Source: an uncultured Pseudomonadales bacterium (GTDB lineage Bacteria > Patescibacteriota > Microgenomatia > UBA1400 > PJMF01). Taken from it: 64,000 bases of DNA. How positions within the stretch are numbered: the first letter of the stretch is position 1; the number at the start of each line of letters is the position of its first letter. The stretch spans positions 702 to 64,701 of the forward strand of contig CAZYBC010000005.1 in assembly GCA_964645645.1 (NCBI GenBank), in the 5' to 3' direction. Position numbers and translations under genes: made by a program. Below are positions 48,669 through 58,989 of the stretch, one piece after another. Under the pieces are notes generated by a model. It was given only the letters and a program-made list of their open reading frames with translations, was not told the DNA's origin and ran no database searches.

Positions 48669-49772
48669 ATGAAAATTGCCCTTTATTCACCTTATTTACC
48701 CAATCATTTTGGTGGAGGTGAACATTATTTACTTAATGTTGCTTTAGCTTTAGCTCAAGAGCATCAAGTTTATGTAGCGATTAACGCTAAGAATAAATTA
48801 GATGCAACTAAATTGGCTAAAATTAAAACGCAATATGAACAATTTTTAGCTCAAAAATTAAATAATATTACTTTTATAGAAACTCCTCTTGGTAGTGCCG
48901 CCAATTTTTTAAAAAAATTATTTTGGACTAAACAATTTGACTGTTTATATTATCAAACTGATGGTAGTTTATTTTTTAGTTTAGCAAAAAAAAATATTTT
49001 GCATATCCAAATTCCTTTTACTCAAAATAAAAATAGCTTTATTGAAAGATTAAAATTAAAAAATTGGCAAGTTAAAAATACTAATAGTTTTTTTACCAAA
49101 AATGTGGTTGAAAAAAGTTGGCAAACCACAATTGATTATGTTCACCATCCTATCATTAAACTAAATACTCCAGTTACAAATCAAGTTTTTGGTCAAAAAG
49201 AAAAAATTATTTTATCTGTAGGTAGATTTTTTAGACATTTGCATAGTAAGCGCCAAGATATTTTAGTAGAAATTTTTAAACAAATGCTAAAACTTTATCC
49301 AAAACAATGCCAAAGTTGGAAATTAGTTTTAATTGGCAATGTTGAAGATGAAGCTTATGCTGCAGAAATAAAGAAAGCAGCTCAAGGTTTTCCTATTGAA
49401 ATTAAACATCAAGTAAATAGGGAAGAATTAGAACATTATTACTTAAAGTCAGCAATTTATTGGCATGCTGCTGGTTATGAAGTTGATGAAAATCTCCATC
49501 CAGAAAAAGTAGAACATTTTGGGATCACCAGTGGTGAAGCAATGTTGGCTGGGTGCTTGCCTTTACTCATTAATAAAGGCGGACAACGAGAAATTCTTGG
49601 TGATGATTTGAAAAATCTTTTGTGGCTTGGTGATTCAGATTTGATTCAAAAAACGTTATATTTTATGGAGAATAAAAAAGAACGAATTGCTTGGGCAAGT
49701 AAAGCTCAAGAACAAGCTAAAAAGTTTAATCAAAATAATTTTAGTCATATTTTAGAAAAAATGATTAATTAA
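48669..49772 (+). CDS. GT4 glycosyltransferase
   Basis: GGGE, SVGRF, KRQD, EHFGI...EAM.AG. Confidence 0.9.
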   Translation: MKIALYSPYLPNHFGGGEHYLLNVALALAQEHQVYVAINAKNKLDATKLAKIKTQYEQFLAQKLNNITFIETPLGSAANFLKKLFWTKQFDCLYYQTDGSLFFSLAKKNILHIQIPFTQNKNSFIERLKLKNWQVKNTNSFFTKNVVEKSWQTTIDYVHHPIIKLNTPVTNQVFGQKEKIILSVGRFFRHLHSKRQDILVEIFKQMLKLYPKQCQSWKLVLIGNVEDEAYAAEIKKAAQGFPIEIKHQVNREELEHYYLKSAIYWHAAGYEVDENLHPEKVEHFGITSGEAMLAGCLPLLINKGGQREILGDDLKNLLWLGDSDLIQKTLYFMENKKERIAWASKAQEQAKKFNQNNFSHILEKMIN

Positions 49773-49775
49773 TTT

Positions 49776-52184
49776 ATGTCAATTTCTGTACTCATCCCAA
49801 CTTTTAACGGTCAAAAATTATTAGCAAAAAATTTACCGGCTGTCCTAAAAGCTTTAACTAACAACGATGAATTAATTATTCTTGATGATGCAAGCACTGA
49901 TAATACTGTTTCATGGCTTAGTAATTATTTTAATTTAAGCCCAAGCCCTATTCCACAAAATTTAGCCAATCATTCTGTGGCTCAATTTTTGATTGGAACC
50001 AAACAAAAAATAAAAATTAAATTATTAGTTAATCAGCAAAATTTACGTTTTGGGCAAACGGTTAATCGAGGATTCTTAATAGCTGAAAATCAATTAGTTT
50101 GGCTTTTAAATAATGACGTGGCACCTTATCCCAATGCCCAACAATTTTTAGTCAAACATTTTAAAGATCAAACAGTTTTTGCCGTGGGTTGTTTAGAAAT
50201 AGAAAAAAATTTAGGAGGCGTTAAGGGTGGCAAAAATAAGCTTTGGTTTGACAAAGGCATCTTTATGCATAGTCGAGCTGAAGATTTTAAAACTGGGACA
50301 ACAGCATGGGCGAGTGGTGGTAGTGCCATGTTTGATAAAGAAAAATGGTTAAAAATTGGTGGATTTGATAAACGTTTTTATCCAGCTTATTGGGAAGATA
50401 TTGATCTTTCTCAAACGGCTAAAGAACATCATTGGCAAATTTTATTTGAAGAAAAAGCAATAGTTAATCATAACCATGAATCCACTAACGCTGATGTTTT
50501 TGGTCAAGCTCAAATAGAAAAAATTAGCTGGAAAAATGCTCAGAAATTTGTTTTTAAACATGGCACTATCTGGCAAAAACTAGCTAATTTACTGTGGCGT
50601 CCTTATTGGCTTTATCAGAGACAGAAAAAAAACAAATGGCAAATTTTAGTTTTTTTAGGTATTTTTATACTAGCGTCTATTTTAAGATTTTATCAATTGG
50701 GGAAAGTTCCTCATGGGATGACCTGGGATGAAGCAGCTATTGGATATAATGGTTTTGCTATTCTTAATACTCGAAGAGATGAATGGTTGGTAAGATTGCC
50801 AATTTCCTTTAAATCTTTTGGTGATTTTAAAGCTCCGCTAGCTATTTATCTTAATGGTATTTTTACTCACTTTTTAGGCATGAACTTGACTGCTGTTAGA
50901 ATGCCTTTTGCTTTAGCAGGGGTTGCTTCAGTAGTAGGAATTTTTCTGTTGGCACAAACAATGGCTGAATTTTTTAAATTAAAAACTATTCAAGGTTTAA
51001 AATGGCCATTTTGGGCAATATTAGGCTTAAGTCTTTCACCTTGGCATTTACATTTTTCAAGAATTGGCTTTGAATCGGGTTTAGCTTTAATGTTTATTAT
51101 TTATGCTTGTTACTTTTTATTTAAACTTTTTCTTGAATCAGAAAATAATTTTTTTAAAATCAATTTTTGGGCTGGCCTAGCATTCACTAGCTTTGTGGCG
51201 AGTCTTTATACCTATCATAGCAGTAAGATTTTTTTACCTTTATTTGCTTTATTGTTTTTAATTTTATTTTTTAAACATATTAAAAAACTTTGGTTAAAAA
51301 TTTTACCAGCCAGTTTATTTAGCTTAACCTTACTTTATCCTTTAATTAAAGATTCTATTTGGGGAGAAGGAATGACTAGAGCTAATTCATTAATTTTTAG
51401 TGAAAAGCTAAATTTTTTTCAATTAGCAGGCAAAATCATTACTCAATTACTTGCTCATTTATCTCCAGCCTTTTTATTTTTAGGTCAAACTGATACGTTA
51501 AGACATGGCCCAGGTAAATTAGCGGTCTTATTACCTGGCTCAATTATTCTCATTATTTTGGCCTGCTATTTTTTGTTAACTAAAAAATTTTCTAGCACTA
51601 AGAAAAAAATGTTTCAATTTTTATTAGGCTGGCTAATGATCGGTTTAATTCCTGCGGCTTTAGCTACTCCAGTTCCACATAGTAATCGTGCTTTATTAGC
51701 TTTACCAGCAATTATTTTAGGTTTAAGTTTAACACTAAGTTATCTTCGTTCTAAATTGATAATTGGGCTTTTTGTTATCATACAAAGTCTAAGTTTCATA
51801 GCTTATCTTCAATATTATTATCAAGATTTTGCTAAATTATCTGCCAATGATTTTAAAGATGGTTATTTAGAAATAATGGCAATCACTCAAGAATATGAAA
51901 AAGGTCTTAATGGCAAACCCAAAGTAGATAAAATCATTTTTACTAATGATTATGGCCAAGCTTATATTTATGCTTTATTTGTTAGACAAACTAATCCAAT
52001 TTGGTATCAAGGTGGTTCATTAATCAAATATGAATTTAAAGATGATGTTAATGTTGGAGATTTAAGCCGTAACAATAGCTTGATTATTGGTAGTAATAGT
52101 GATGATTTACCCACTGAAAAAGCTGATCATCTAGTTTATGGTAGTGACAATCAGGTAAAATTTAAAGCATTCTATGTTAAATAA
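49776..52184 (+). CDS. Fusion: N-terminal GT2 (GT-A) plus C-terminal GT-C (SFGDxK family)
   Basis: DDASTD, LLNNDV, YWEDID in first ~280 aa; then WDEAAIGYN, SFGDFKAP, SPW, YH, RHG, PH..R. Confidence 0.85.
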   Translation: MSISVLIPTFNGQKLLAKNLPAVLKALTNNDELIILDDASTDNTVSWLSNYFNLSPSPIPQNLANHSVAQFLIGTKQKIKIKLLVNQQNLRFGQTVNRGFLIAENQLVWLLNNDVAPYPNAQQFLVKHFKDQTVFAVGCLEIEKNLGGVKGGKNKLWFDKGIFMHSRAEDFKTGTTAWASGGSAMFDKEKWLKIGGFDKRFYPAYWEDIDLSQTAKEHHWQILFEEKAIVNHNHESTNADVFGQAQIEKISWKNAQKFVFKHGTIWQKLANLLWRPYWLYQRQKKNKWQILVFLGIFILASILRFYQLGKVPHGMTWDEAAIGYNGFAILNTRRDEWLVRLPISFKSFGDFKAPLAIYLNGIFTHFLGMNLTAVRMPFALAGVASVVGIFLLAQTMAEFFKLKTIQGLKWPFWAILGLSLSPWHLHFSRIGFESGLALMFIIYACYFLFKLFLESENNFFKINFWAGLAFTSFVASLYTYHSSKIFLPLFALLFLILFFKHIKKLWLKILPASLFSLTLLYPLIKDSIWGEGMTRANSLIFSEKLNFFQLAGKIITQLLAHLSPAFLFLGQTDTLRHGPGKLAVLLPGSIILIILACYFLLTKKFSSTKKKMFQFLLGWLMIGLIPAALATPVPHSNRALLALPAIILGLSLTLSYLRSKLIIGLFVIIQSLSFIAYLQYYYQDFAKLSANDFKDGYLEIMAITQEYEKGLNGKPKVDKIIFTNDYGQAYIYALFVRQTNPIWYQGGSLIKYEFKDDVNVGDLSRNNSLIIGSNSDDLPTEKADHLVYGSDNQVKFKAFYVK

Positions 52185-53868
52185 AAAACAATTTATTTTG
52201 GCTTTTATTTTAATTATATTTTTTGCAGCTCTACTTCGCTTAGTGGGTTTAACAAAATTACCACCAGCTCCATATTGGGAAGAAGTCGCTTTAGGTTATG
52301 ATGCGTATAGTTTATTAAAAACTGGCAAAGATCATCACGGTCATTCTTGGCCAATTGTAGCTTTAGAATCTTTTGGTGATTATAAACCAAGTGGTTATTT
52401 TTATGCTTTAATGCCGGTCATAGCTGTTTTAGGTTTAAATGTTGAAGCAGTTCGTTTACCCAGTGCTTTAGCCGGAATTGCGATGGTGGCTGGCATGATT
52501 GTTATTAGTCAATTACTTTTTTTTCCAGATAAAAAAGATAAAAAATCTTTGTGGCCACTAATTGCTGGCTTAATTATGGCCATTTCTCCTTGGGCAATTA
52601 TATTTTCTCGCTCTGCTTGGGAGGTTAATTTAGCAACAGCCATGTTGCTTTGGGCTATTATTTTAGGCATCAAAACTTTGCGAAGTAAAAATCTAAATTA
52701 TTATTGGCCACACTTACTCTTGTTAATAACTACTTTATATACTTACCATAGTACAAGAATTACTGCTCCTTTAATTGGAATTTGGTTTTTAGTGAATTTA
52801 CTTAAACAAAAAATTATTAAGAATAAAACACAATGGATACAATTATTATTAGCCTTAAGTTTAACTTTTCTAGCTGCTTTACCAATGTTATTAGCTATGC
52901 GACAAGCAGAATTTAGAATTCGTTTTGCTCAAACCAGTGCTTTTAATAACTCATCACTGATTGAACAAAGTAATGCGGCTAAAGAGCGTTTAAATAATAG
53001 CCTTTATGCCAGACTTGTTTATCATCGTTATTGGTTTTTCCTTAGAGAAATGAGCACTAATTTTTTGAGTCATTTTAATTTGAATTTTTTATTTATCAGT
53101 GGTGATATAAATCATCGTCATTCCATTCAAATGATGGGTCAACTGTACCATATCGAAATAATTTTTTTATTTTTTGGCTTTGTCTATTTATTTGGTAGAG
53201 AGAAAAATAATTTTAATAAATTTTTCTTATTATTTTGGTTGACAGCCGCTATTTTGCCAGCCAGTTTAACTAATGCTACACCACATGCCTTGAGAATTTT
53301 ACCTAGTTTACCAGTCTTTATTTTATTAATTATTTTAGGAATTAAAGAATTTTTGAACTTAATTAAACCACTAAATTTAAATAAGTTAATCAGAATCTTC
53401 AGCATAGTTTTAATTGTTGGTCTTTATTTAGGAGAATTTACTTATTTTATTCATAGCTACTGCAAACTTTATCCTCAACAATATAGTCAGGAATGGCAAT
53501 TTGGTTATCAGGAAATGCTAAGCGCTTTAGACAACTTAAAAGAACAATATCCAGATTTACCAATTTATATGACTAGAGAACAAGGGAGACCGGCTATGTA
53601 TTATTGGTTTTATCAAAACACCGATCCACGTTTAGTTCAACAAGCCGAAGCCAGCGCATTAAAAGATCAAGGTGAATTCTTAGAATTTGCTAATATTAAA
53701 TTTATCAATGGTTTAAATTTAGCCGAAAATAAACCAGCAATTCTGGTTGGCTCACCAGCTCAAATTATTCAATATCAACAAAGCTATCCCAATCGCCAGT
53801 TAGAAATTAAGCAAACGATTAAAGACTTAAAAGAAGAAGTTATTTGGCAATTAGCCATTTCAAATTAA
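52174..53868 (+). CDS. GT-C, SFGDxK family
   Basis: WEEVALGYDAYS..TGKD..G, SFGDYKP, SR.AWE, TYH, RHS, PHALR. Confidence 0.82.
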   Translation: MLNKKQFILAFILIIFFAALLRLVGLTKLPPAPYWEEVALGYDAYSLLKTGKDHHGHSWPIVALESFGDYKPSGYFYALMPVIAVLGLNVEAVRLPSALAGIAMVAGMIVISQLLFFPDKKDKKSLWPLIAGLIMAISPWAIIFSRSAWEVNLATAMLLWAIILGIKTLRSKNLNYYWPHLLLLITTLYTYHSTRITAPLIGIWFLVNLLKQKIIKNKTQWIQLLLALSLTFLAALPMLLAMRQAEFRIRFAQTSAFNNSSLIEQSNAAKERLNNSLYARLVYHRYWFFLREMSTNFLSHFNLNFLFISGDINHRHSIQMMGQLYHIEIIFLFFGFVYLFGREKNNFNKFFLLFWLTAAILPASLTNATPHALRILPSLPVFILLIILGIKEFLNLIKPLNLNKLIRIFSIVLIVGLYLGEFTYFIHSYCKLYPQQYSQEWQFGYQEMLSALDNLKEQYPDLPIYMTREQGRPAMYYWFYQNTDPRLVQQAEASALKDQGEFLEFANIKFINGLNLAENKPAILVGSPAQIIQYQQSYPNRQLEIKQTIKDLKEEVIWQLAISN

Positions 53869-53870
53869 AA

Positions 53871-55589
53871 ATGCTAAATAAATTAAATAATTGGTTAAAA
53901 ATTAAAAATCATCATTATTATTTAATGATGGGATTGCTATTAATCGTAGCCATTTTTTTACGTTTATATAAATTGGGCCAAATTCCTTTTGCTCTTTACA
54001 TTGATGAATTAGCCATGATGGTAGATGCTAAATCTTTAAGTTTAACTGGTGTGGACATGCACGGTAAAGCTTTTTGGCAAAGTATGTTTTTATCTTATGG
54101 TGATTACAAGTTGCCAGTTTATCTTTGGTTAGCAACTTTGAGTTTTAAATTATTTAGAATTAGTGAATTTTACTTACGCTTACCCAGTGCTGTTATTGGC
54201 ATTCTAACGATTGTCTTAACTGGTATTTTAAGTCAAAAGATTTTTAATTCAGCCAATAAAAAATCTTTGCGCCAAATAATCAGTATATTAGTAATCACGT
54301 TTAGTCCTTGGGCAATGTTGTTTTCTAGGACAGCTTTTGAAGGGCATGTTGGACAATTTTTTCTTGGTCTAGCAGTTTTAATTTGTTTTTTAGCTTTAGA
54401 AATACCTGTTTTATTTTTATTAGCCGGTCTTAGTGCTGGCTTAGCAGTTTATTCTTATTTTTCAGTACGTTTTGTTTGGCCGATTATTTATTTAGCTTTT
54501 GGAATTTTGTTTGTTTTATTTAGAAAAAAAGAAACTCAAACTAAAAATTTATTACTAATAATCACTTTTTTTGTTTTAGGTGGTATCGTTTTCTTTTTAT
54601 CCTTACAACCTTTATATAAAAGTGAATATTATCAAGCCAGTAATCAATTCCGTTATAGCACTACCTCAGTTTTAAATCTCAAAGATTGGCCTGTGGAGTC
54701 TAATATTCTCAAAGAACAAGCTGGTAACCATTTTATTGATCGTTTCTTTTATCACCGCTATGTTTTGATGGCTAGACAATTAGCTAAAAATTATGCTGAT
54801 CATTTTTCTCTTAATTATTTGTTTTTTCAAGGAGATAGTAATTTAAGACATGGTACTGGACAACATGGGCTATTTTTATGGCCACTAATTTTAGCTTTTC
54901 TTTGGGGATTAATTATTTTATTTAAAAAAAATATTAAGGCTTTTGCCTTCTTATTAATTTGGTGGATTGCTGCTGTTTTACCAGCAGCTGTACCAATGGA
55001 AACTCCTCATGCTTTAAGATCACTGAATGCTTTAATTCCTTTAAGTATTATTATTGGTTTCGGCTTAAAAGAAATAATTATTGCTTTTACTCTTAGCCAA
55101 AAAAAATCAATTAAAATTTTAGTTTCTTCTTATTTTTTACTTTTAATTTTTAGCGCTTTTGAATTTGTGACTTTTTATTTTCAACAATATCCTTATGTTA
55201 GTGCCTTATCTTGGCAAGATCATCAAAAAGAATTTGTTCAAACTTTATTAGCTAAACAAAGCCAAACAGAGAAAATTTATTTGCAAGCTTTTACCAGTGA
55301 ACCATATTTAGGTTTCTTAGCTTATGATGAAAATTTAAAAGATTTTTCTCAATTAGATTTAAGTAATAATGATTTAAAACAAATTACTAATCAAATTAAA
55401 ATTACTGATATCTATCCAGATAATTGGGAAAACATTTTTCCTTTTCAAGCTAGATTTATAGTGGCTGGTGAGTACAAGTGGTTAATGAACAATCAATGGC
55501 TTTTAGAACCAGACTATCTTAAACAGGTAGAATTTATCTATAATAGTTTAGGTGAAAAAGCTTTTGCCATTTTAATTTATGAAAGATAA
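53871..55589 (+). CDS. GT-C, SFGDxK family; start revised to 53871
   Basis: IDE..MMVDA.S..TG.D.HG, SYGDYKLP, SRTAFE, RHG, PHALR. Confidence 0.82.
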   Translation: MLNKLNNWLKIKNHHYYLMMGLLLIVAIFLRLYKLGQIPFALYIDELAMMVDAKSLSLTGVDMHGKAFWQSMFLSYGDYKLPVYLWLATLSFKLFRISEFYLRLPSAVIGILTIVLTGILSQKIFNSANKKSLRQIISILVITFSPWAMLFSRTAFEGHVGQFFLGLAVLICFLALEIPVLFLLAGLSAGLAVYSYFSVRFVWPIIYLAFGILFVLFRKKETQTKNLLLIITFFVLGGIVFFLSLQPLYKSEYYQASNQFRYSTTSVLNLKDWPVESNILKEQAGNHFIDRFFYHRYVLMARQLAKNYADHFSLNYLFFQGDSNLRHGTGQHGLFLWPLILAFLWGLIILFKKNIKAFAFLLIWWIAAVLPAAVPMETPHALRSLNALIPLSIIIGFGLKEIIIAFTLSQKKSIKILVSSYFLLLIFSAFEFVTFYFQQYPYVSALSWQDHQKEFVQTLLAKQSQTEKIYLQAFTSEPYLGFLAYDENLKDFSQLDLSNNDLKQITNQIKITDIYPDNWENIFPFQARFIVAGEYKWLMNNQWLLEPDYLKQVEFIYNSLGEKAFAILIYER

Positions 55590-57138
55590 GCATTTACTTA
55601 AAACTATCTTAATTGCTTTAATCGGCTTATTTGCTTTATTAAGATTAATTAACTTAGGCACTAATCCGATAATCCTTAATCGAGATGAAGCTGCCTTAGG
55701 TTATAATGCCTGGCTTTTATCTCAGACTGGTTGGGATGAATGGCATCAAAAATGGCCGTTAATGATTAAATCATTTGGTGATTATAAATTACCAGGCTAT
55801 GTTTATTTATTAGTCCCACTATTTAGAGTTTTTAGCACCAGTGATTTTTTATTAAGATTACCGGCTTGTCTTTCAGGGATAATTTTAATTTATTTGAGTA
55901 TCAATTTAGCCAAAAAATTAGGCTTAAAAAAAATTACAACATTAATTTTTGCTTTAAGTATCGCGATTACTCCGGTGTTTTTCTTTTATTCTCGCATGGC
56001 GTGGGAGGCTAATTTAGGCTTAACTTTGCTAATTGGTAGTTTGATTTGCTTATTAAATAAACAAAAATTATTTAATTACTTAGGAATAATTTTAATTTTA
56101 TTAGCTTGCTTTACTTATAATACTCCTTATCTATTATTACCTTTTATTTTAGTTGCTCTAATTTTTTGGCAAAAAATGATTGGCAAAAAAACTAATTGGC
56201 TAATTATTTTAGCCTTAGGCATAGTTTTTATTGGTACTAGTTTAATGATTTTGCCACTTACTAATCAAAAAAGCGGCATTACGATTTTTACTGATCCAAC
56301 GGTAAGAGCTAATTATATTAATTATCGAGCTGATTTTAGTGGCTTAAGTCAAAAAATTTTAGCTAATCAATATATCTATTGGGCATCACTAATGTTCAAA
56401 AATACTTTAGCCAGCTTTAGTTATCAATTTTTAGTAAAAAATGGTGGTGGTCATCCTTGGCATAGTCAGCCTGGTTTTGCTCATCTAAATAATAGTTTTT
56501 ATTTTGTCGGTTTAGCTAGTTTAGTTTTTAATTTAGGAAAAATAATCATTGATTTAATTAAACGTCGTAAAATTCAGTTGCCAATGGTTTTTTTAATTTG
56601 GCTTTTATTTTCAGCATTAATTCCCAGTGTAATTACTACAGACGCCCCACATGCCACTCGGAGTTTATTGTTTTTTTATCTATTTAATTTAATGGCCGTA
56701 ATCGGTTTAGAACAATTTTATTTAGCTGTTATTAAAAAAAAGCCAATGCTAGTGAAAACTTTATTGCTGATCTTAGCAAGTTTAATTAGTTTAGAAACTG
56801 GTCGCTATTTTTATCACTATTTTGTAAGTTATCCTCAGCAACAAACAGCTTTACAGCCTGGTTATCAAAAAGTTTTAGCAGAAGTGAAGTCAACTAATCA
56901 AGCCATTGCCGTGGTTGATCCAAGTGGGTATCAATATATTAGCACTGCTTGGTATCTAAAATTACCTACTAAAATCTTTCTTGATACAGTTATTCATCAA
57001 AATCCTAACCAAATTGGCTTGTCTTATGGAGAAAGAATTAACAATTATCACTTTATTGCCCAAAAAGAAGACCGTAATGAACAAGAAAAAATTTTAATTA
57101 TTTGGGAAAATGGGCAATGGGTTATACAATATTATTAG
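55579..57138 (+). CDS. GT-C, SFGDxK family
   Basis: RDEAALGYNA...TGWDE, SFGDYKLP, SRMAWE, PHATR. Confidence 0.82.
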   Translation: MKDKHLLKTILIALIGLFALLRLINLGTNPIILNRDEAALGYNAWLLSQTGWDEWHQKWPLMIKSFGDYKLPGYVYLLVPLFRVFSTSDFLLRLPACLSGIILIYLSINLAKKLGLKKITTLIFALSIAITPVFFFYSRMAWEANLGLTLLIGSLICLLNKQKLFNYLGIILILLACFTYNTPYLLLPFILVALIFWQKMIGKKTNWLIILALGIVFIGTSLMILPLTNQKSGITIFTDPTVRANYINYRADFSGLSQKILANQYIYWASLMFKNTLASFSYQFLVKNGGGHPWHSQPGFAHLNNSFYFVGLASLVFNLGKIIIDLIKRRKIQLPMVFLIWLLFSALIPSVITTDAPHATRSLLFFYLFNLMAVIGLEQFYLAVIKKKPMLVKTLLLILASLISLETGRYFYHYFVSYPQQQTALQPGYQKVLAEVKSTNQAIAVVDPSGYQYISTAWYLKLPTKIFLDTVIHQNPNQIGLSYGERINNYHFIAQKEDRNEQEKILIIWENGQWVIQYY

Positions 57139-57141
57139 AAT

Positions 57142-57930
57142 ATGATTTCAATCGTCTTAGCTATTCATAATGAAGAAAAAAATTTAACGGCTTGTTTAAG
57201 CAGTGTAGCTGATTTTGCCGATGAGATTATTGTTGTTGATGGTGAATCAACAGATCAAAGTTTAGTAATTGCCAAAAAATTTAAAGCTAAAATTATTAAA
57301 ACCAGCAATAAAAAAAACTTTCACATTAATAAACAATTAGGCTTAAACAAAGCTAAAGGTGATTTGGTTTTACAATTAGATGCTGATGAAATAGTTGACC
57401 AAGATTTAAAAAAATTTATTCTTAATTTACATCAACAAATTCTTAATTTAAGTCCTAAACAAGAAGCTCATTTTCAACCCAAAGCTTGGTGGTTAAAAAG
57501 AAAAAATTTCTTTATGGGTAAAGCTTTTAAAAAAGGTGGTCAATATCCTGATCCAGTGATTAGATTATTTATTAATGGTTTTGCTAGATTACCTCAGAAA
57601 GATGTCCATGAACAAATGCAAGTTGATGGCCAAGTTGGCTGGGCAGAAGGTCATTTGCTTCATTATTCTAATCCTCACTTTAGTGATTATTTAAGAAAAT
57701 TTACTACTTATACAGATTTTAAAGCCACTCAATTAAAACAACAAAAACTTAAAATTAATTTAATCACAGCGTTTAAGTATTTAATTTTTTTGCCTCTTTA
57801 TACCTTTTGCCAATTGTTTTTAAGACACAAGGGTTTTGTTGATGGTTGGCGAGGTTTCATTTTTGCTCTTTTTAGTGCTCTACATCATCCTATTAGTTAT
57901 TTAAAATACTGGGAACTAAAATATGATTAA
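57142..57930 (+). CDS. GT2 (WaaE-like)
   Basis: HNEE, DGESTD, LDADE, YPD..IRL, VHE. Confidence 0.88.
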   Translation: MISIVLAIHNEEKNLTACLSSVADFADEIIVVDGESTDQSLVIAKKFKAKIIKTSNKKNFHINKQLGLNKAKGDLVLQLDADEIVDQDLKKFILNLHQQILNLSPKQEAHFQPKAWWLKRKNFFMGKAFKKGGQYPDPVIRLFINGFARLPQKDVHEQMQVDGQVGWAEGHLLHYSNPHFSDYLRKFTTYTDFKATQLKQQKLKINLITAFKYLIFLPLYTFCQLFLRHKGFVDGWRGFIFALFSALHHPISYLKYWELKYD

Positions 57931-58981
57931 AGTTTTAATTGATACTAGCCCTTTGGCTAATGCTAATTCTATTAGAGGAGTTGGCAATTATACTAGATTC
58001 ATTACTCAATATTTAGAAAAAATTCCAAATTTAGAAGTTAAAAGAGCTCAACGTAAAAGTTTCAGAAGTTTTAAACCAGATATTGTCCATTATCCTTTTT
58101 TTGATTTATTTTTTAATACTTTACCGATTACTTTAGGTCGTAGACATAAAATAATAGTAACAGTTCATGATGTTATCCCTCTAAAATTTCCCCAATGTTA
58201 TCCAGCTGGCATTAAAGGCAAGCTTAGATTAATGAAACAAAAAAAAGCCCTACAGATGGCTGATGCTATTATTACTGACTCTTTTGCTTCTAAAAAAGAT
58301 ATCCAAAATTATTTAGGAATTAACGAAAATAAAATCCATGTTGTTTATTTAGCTGCTAATCCTAATTTGACTAAACCCACTGAACAAATCATTACTAAAG
58401 TTACTCGTAAATATAATCTTCCTAAGAATTATTTATTATATGTAGGTGATATTAACTATAATAAAAATATTCCTCAATTAATTAAAACTTTAAAATATTT
58501 ACCTCCTCAAATCAAACTGGTTTGTGTTGGTCGCAATTTTGTGCCAGCTAATATTCCAGAATGGCAATGGATTGAAACTCAAATTGCCATGAGTGATGTA
58601 AGTAAAAGAATTAAATTTATTACTGATTTAAGAAGTGAACAAACTGAAGAATTAGCCGCTATTTATTCCGGAGCTCTAGCTTATATTCAGCCCTCATTAG
58701 CTGAAGGTTTTGGCTTACCAATTTTAGAAGCAATGCAGTGTCAAACCCCAGTGATAGCTAGCAATAATAGTTCTTTAATAGAGATCGGTGATAAATATGC
58801 TTTATTTAGTGAAGCAAATGCTGAGGCCTTTGCAGAACAAGTTGAAGTGATTCTAAATTGGACTAAGGAAAAAAGAACTCAACATCTTCAAGAAGCTTTA
58901 TTGTGGACTAAAAGTTTTACCTGGGAAAAAGCTGCTCATGAAACTCATCAAGTTTACCAACAAATCATGGCTAAAAAATAA
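57923..58981 (+). CDS. GT4 (MtfB/WbpY-like) glycosyltransferase
   Basis: RGVG.Y, TVHD.IP, K.N, EGFGLPILEAM. Confidence 0.9.
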   Translation: MIKVLIDTSPLANANSIRGVGNYTRFITQYLEKIPNLEVKRAQRKSFRSFKPDIVHYPFFDLFFNTLPITLGRRHKIIVTVHDVIPLKFPQCYPAGIKGKLRLMKQKKALQMADAIITDSFASKKDIQNYLGINENKIHVVYLAANPNLTKPTEQIITKVTRKYNLPKNYLLYVGDINYNKNIPQLIKTLKYLPPQIKLVCVGRNFVPANIPEWQWIETQIAMSDVSKRIKFITDLRSEQTEELAAIYSGALAYIQPSLAEGFGLPILEAMQCQTPVIASNNSSLIEIGDKYALFSEANAEAFAEQVEVILNWTKEKRTQHLQEALLWTKSFTWEKAAHETHQVYQQIMAKK

Positions 58982-58989
58982 AGTATGTT

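Noticed and set aside
41371-55790. Similar DNA words (ATCTTTTGGTGATT..AAA) in GT-C paralogues as recombination or shuffling sites
   Set aside because: Explained by coding of the conserved SFGDxK motif; synonymous positions differ and no recombinase is present.
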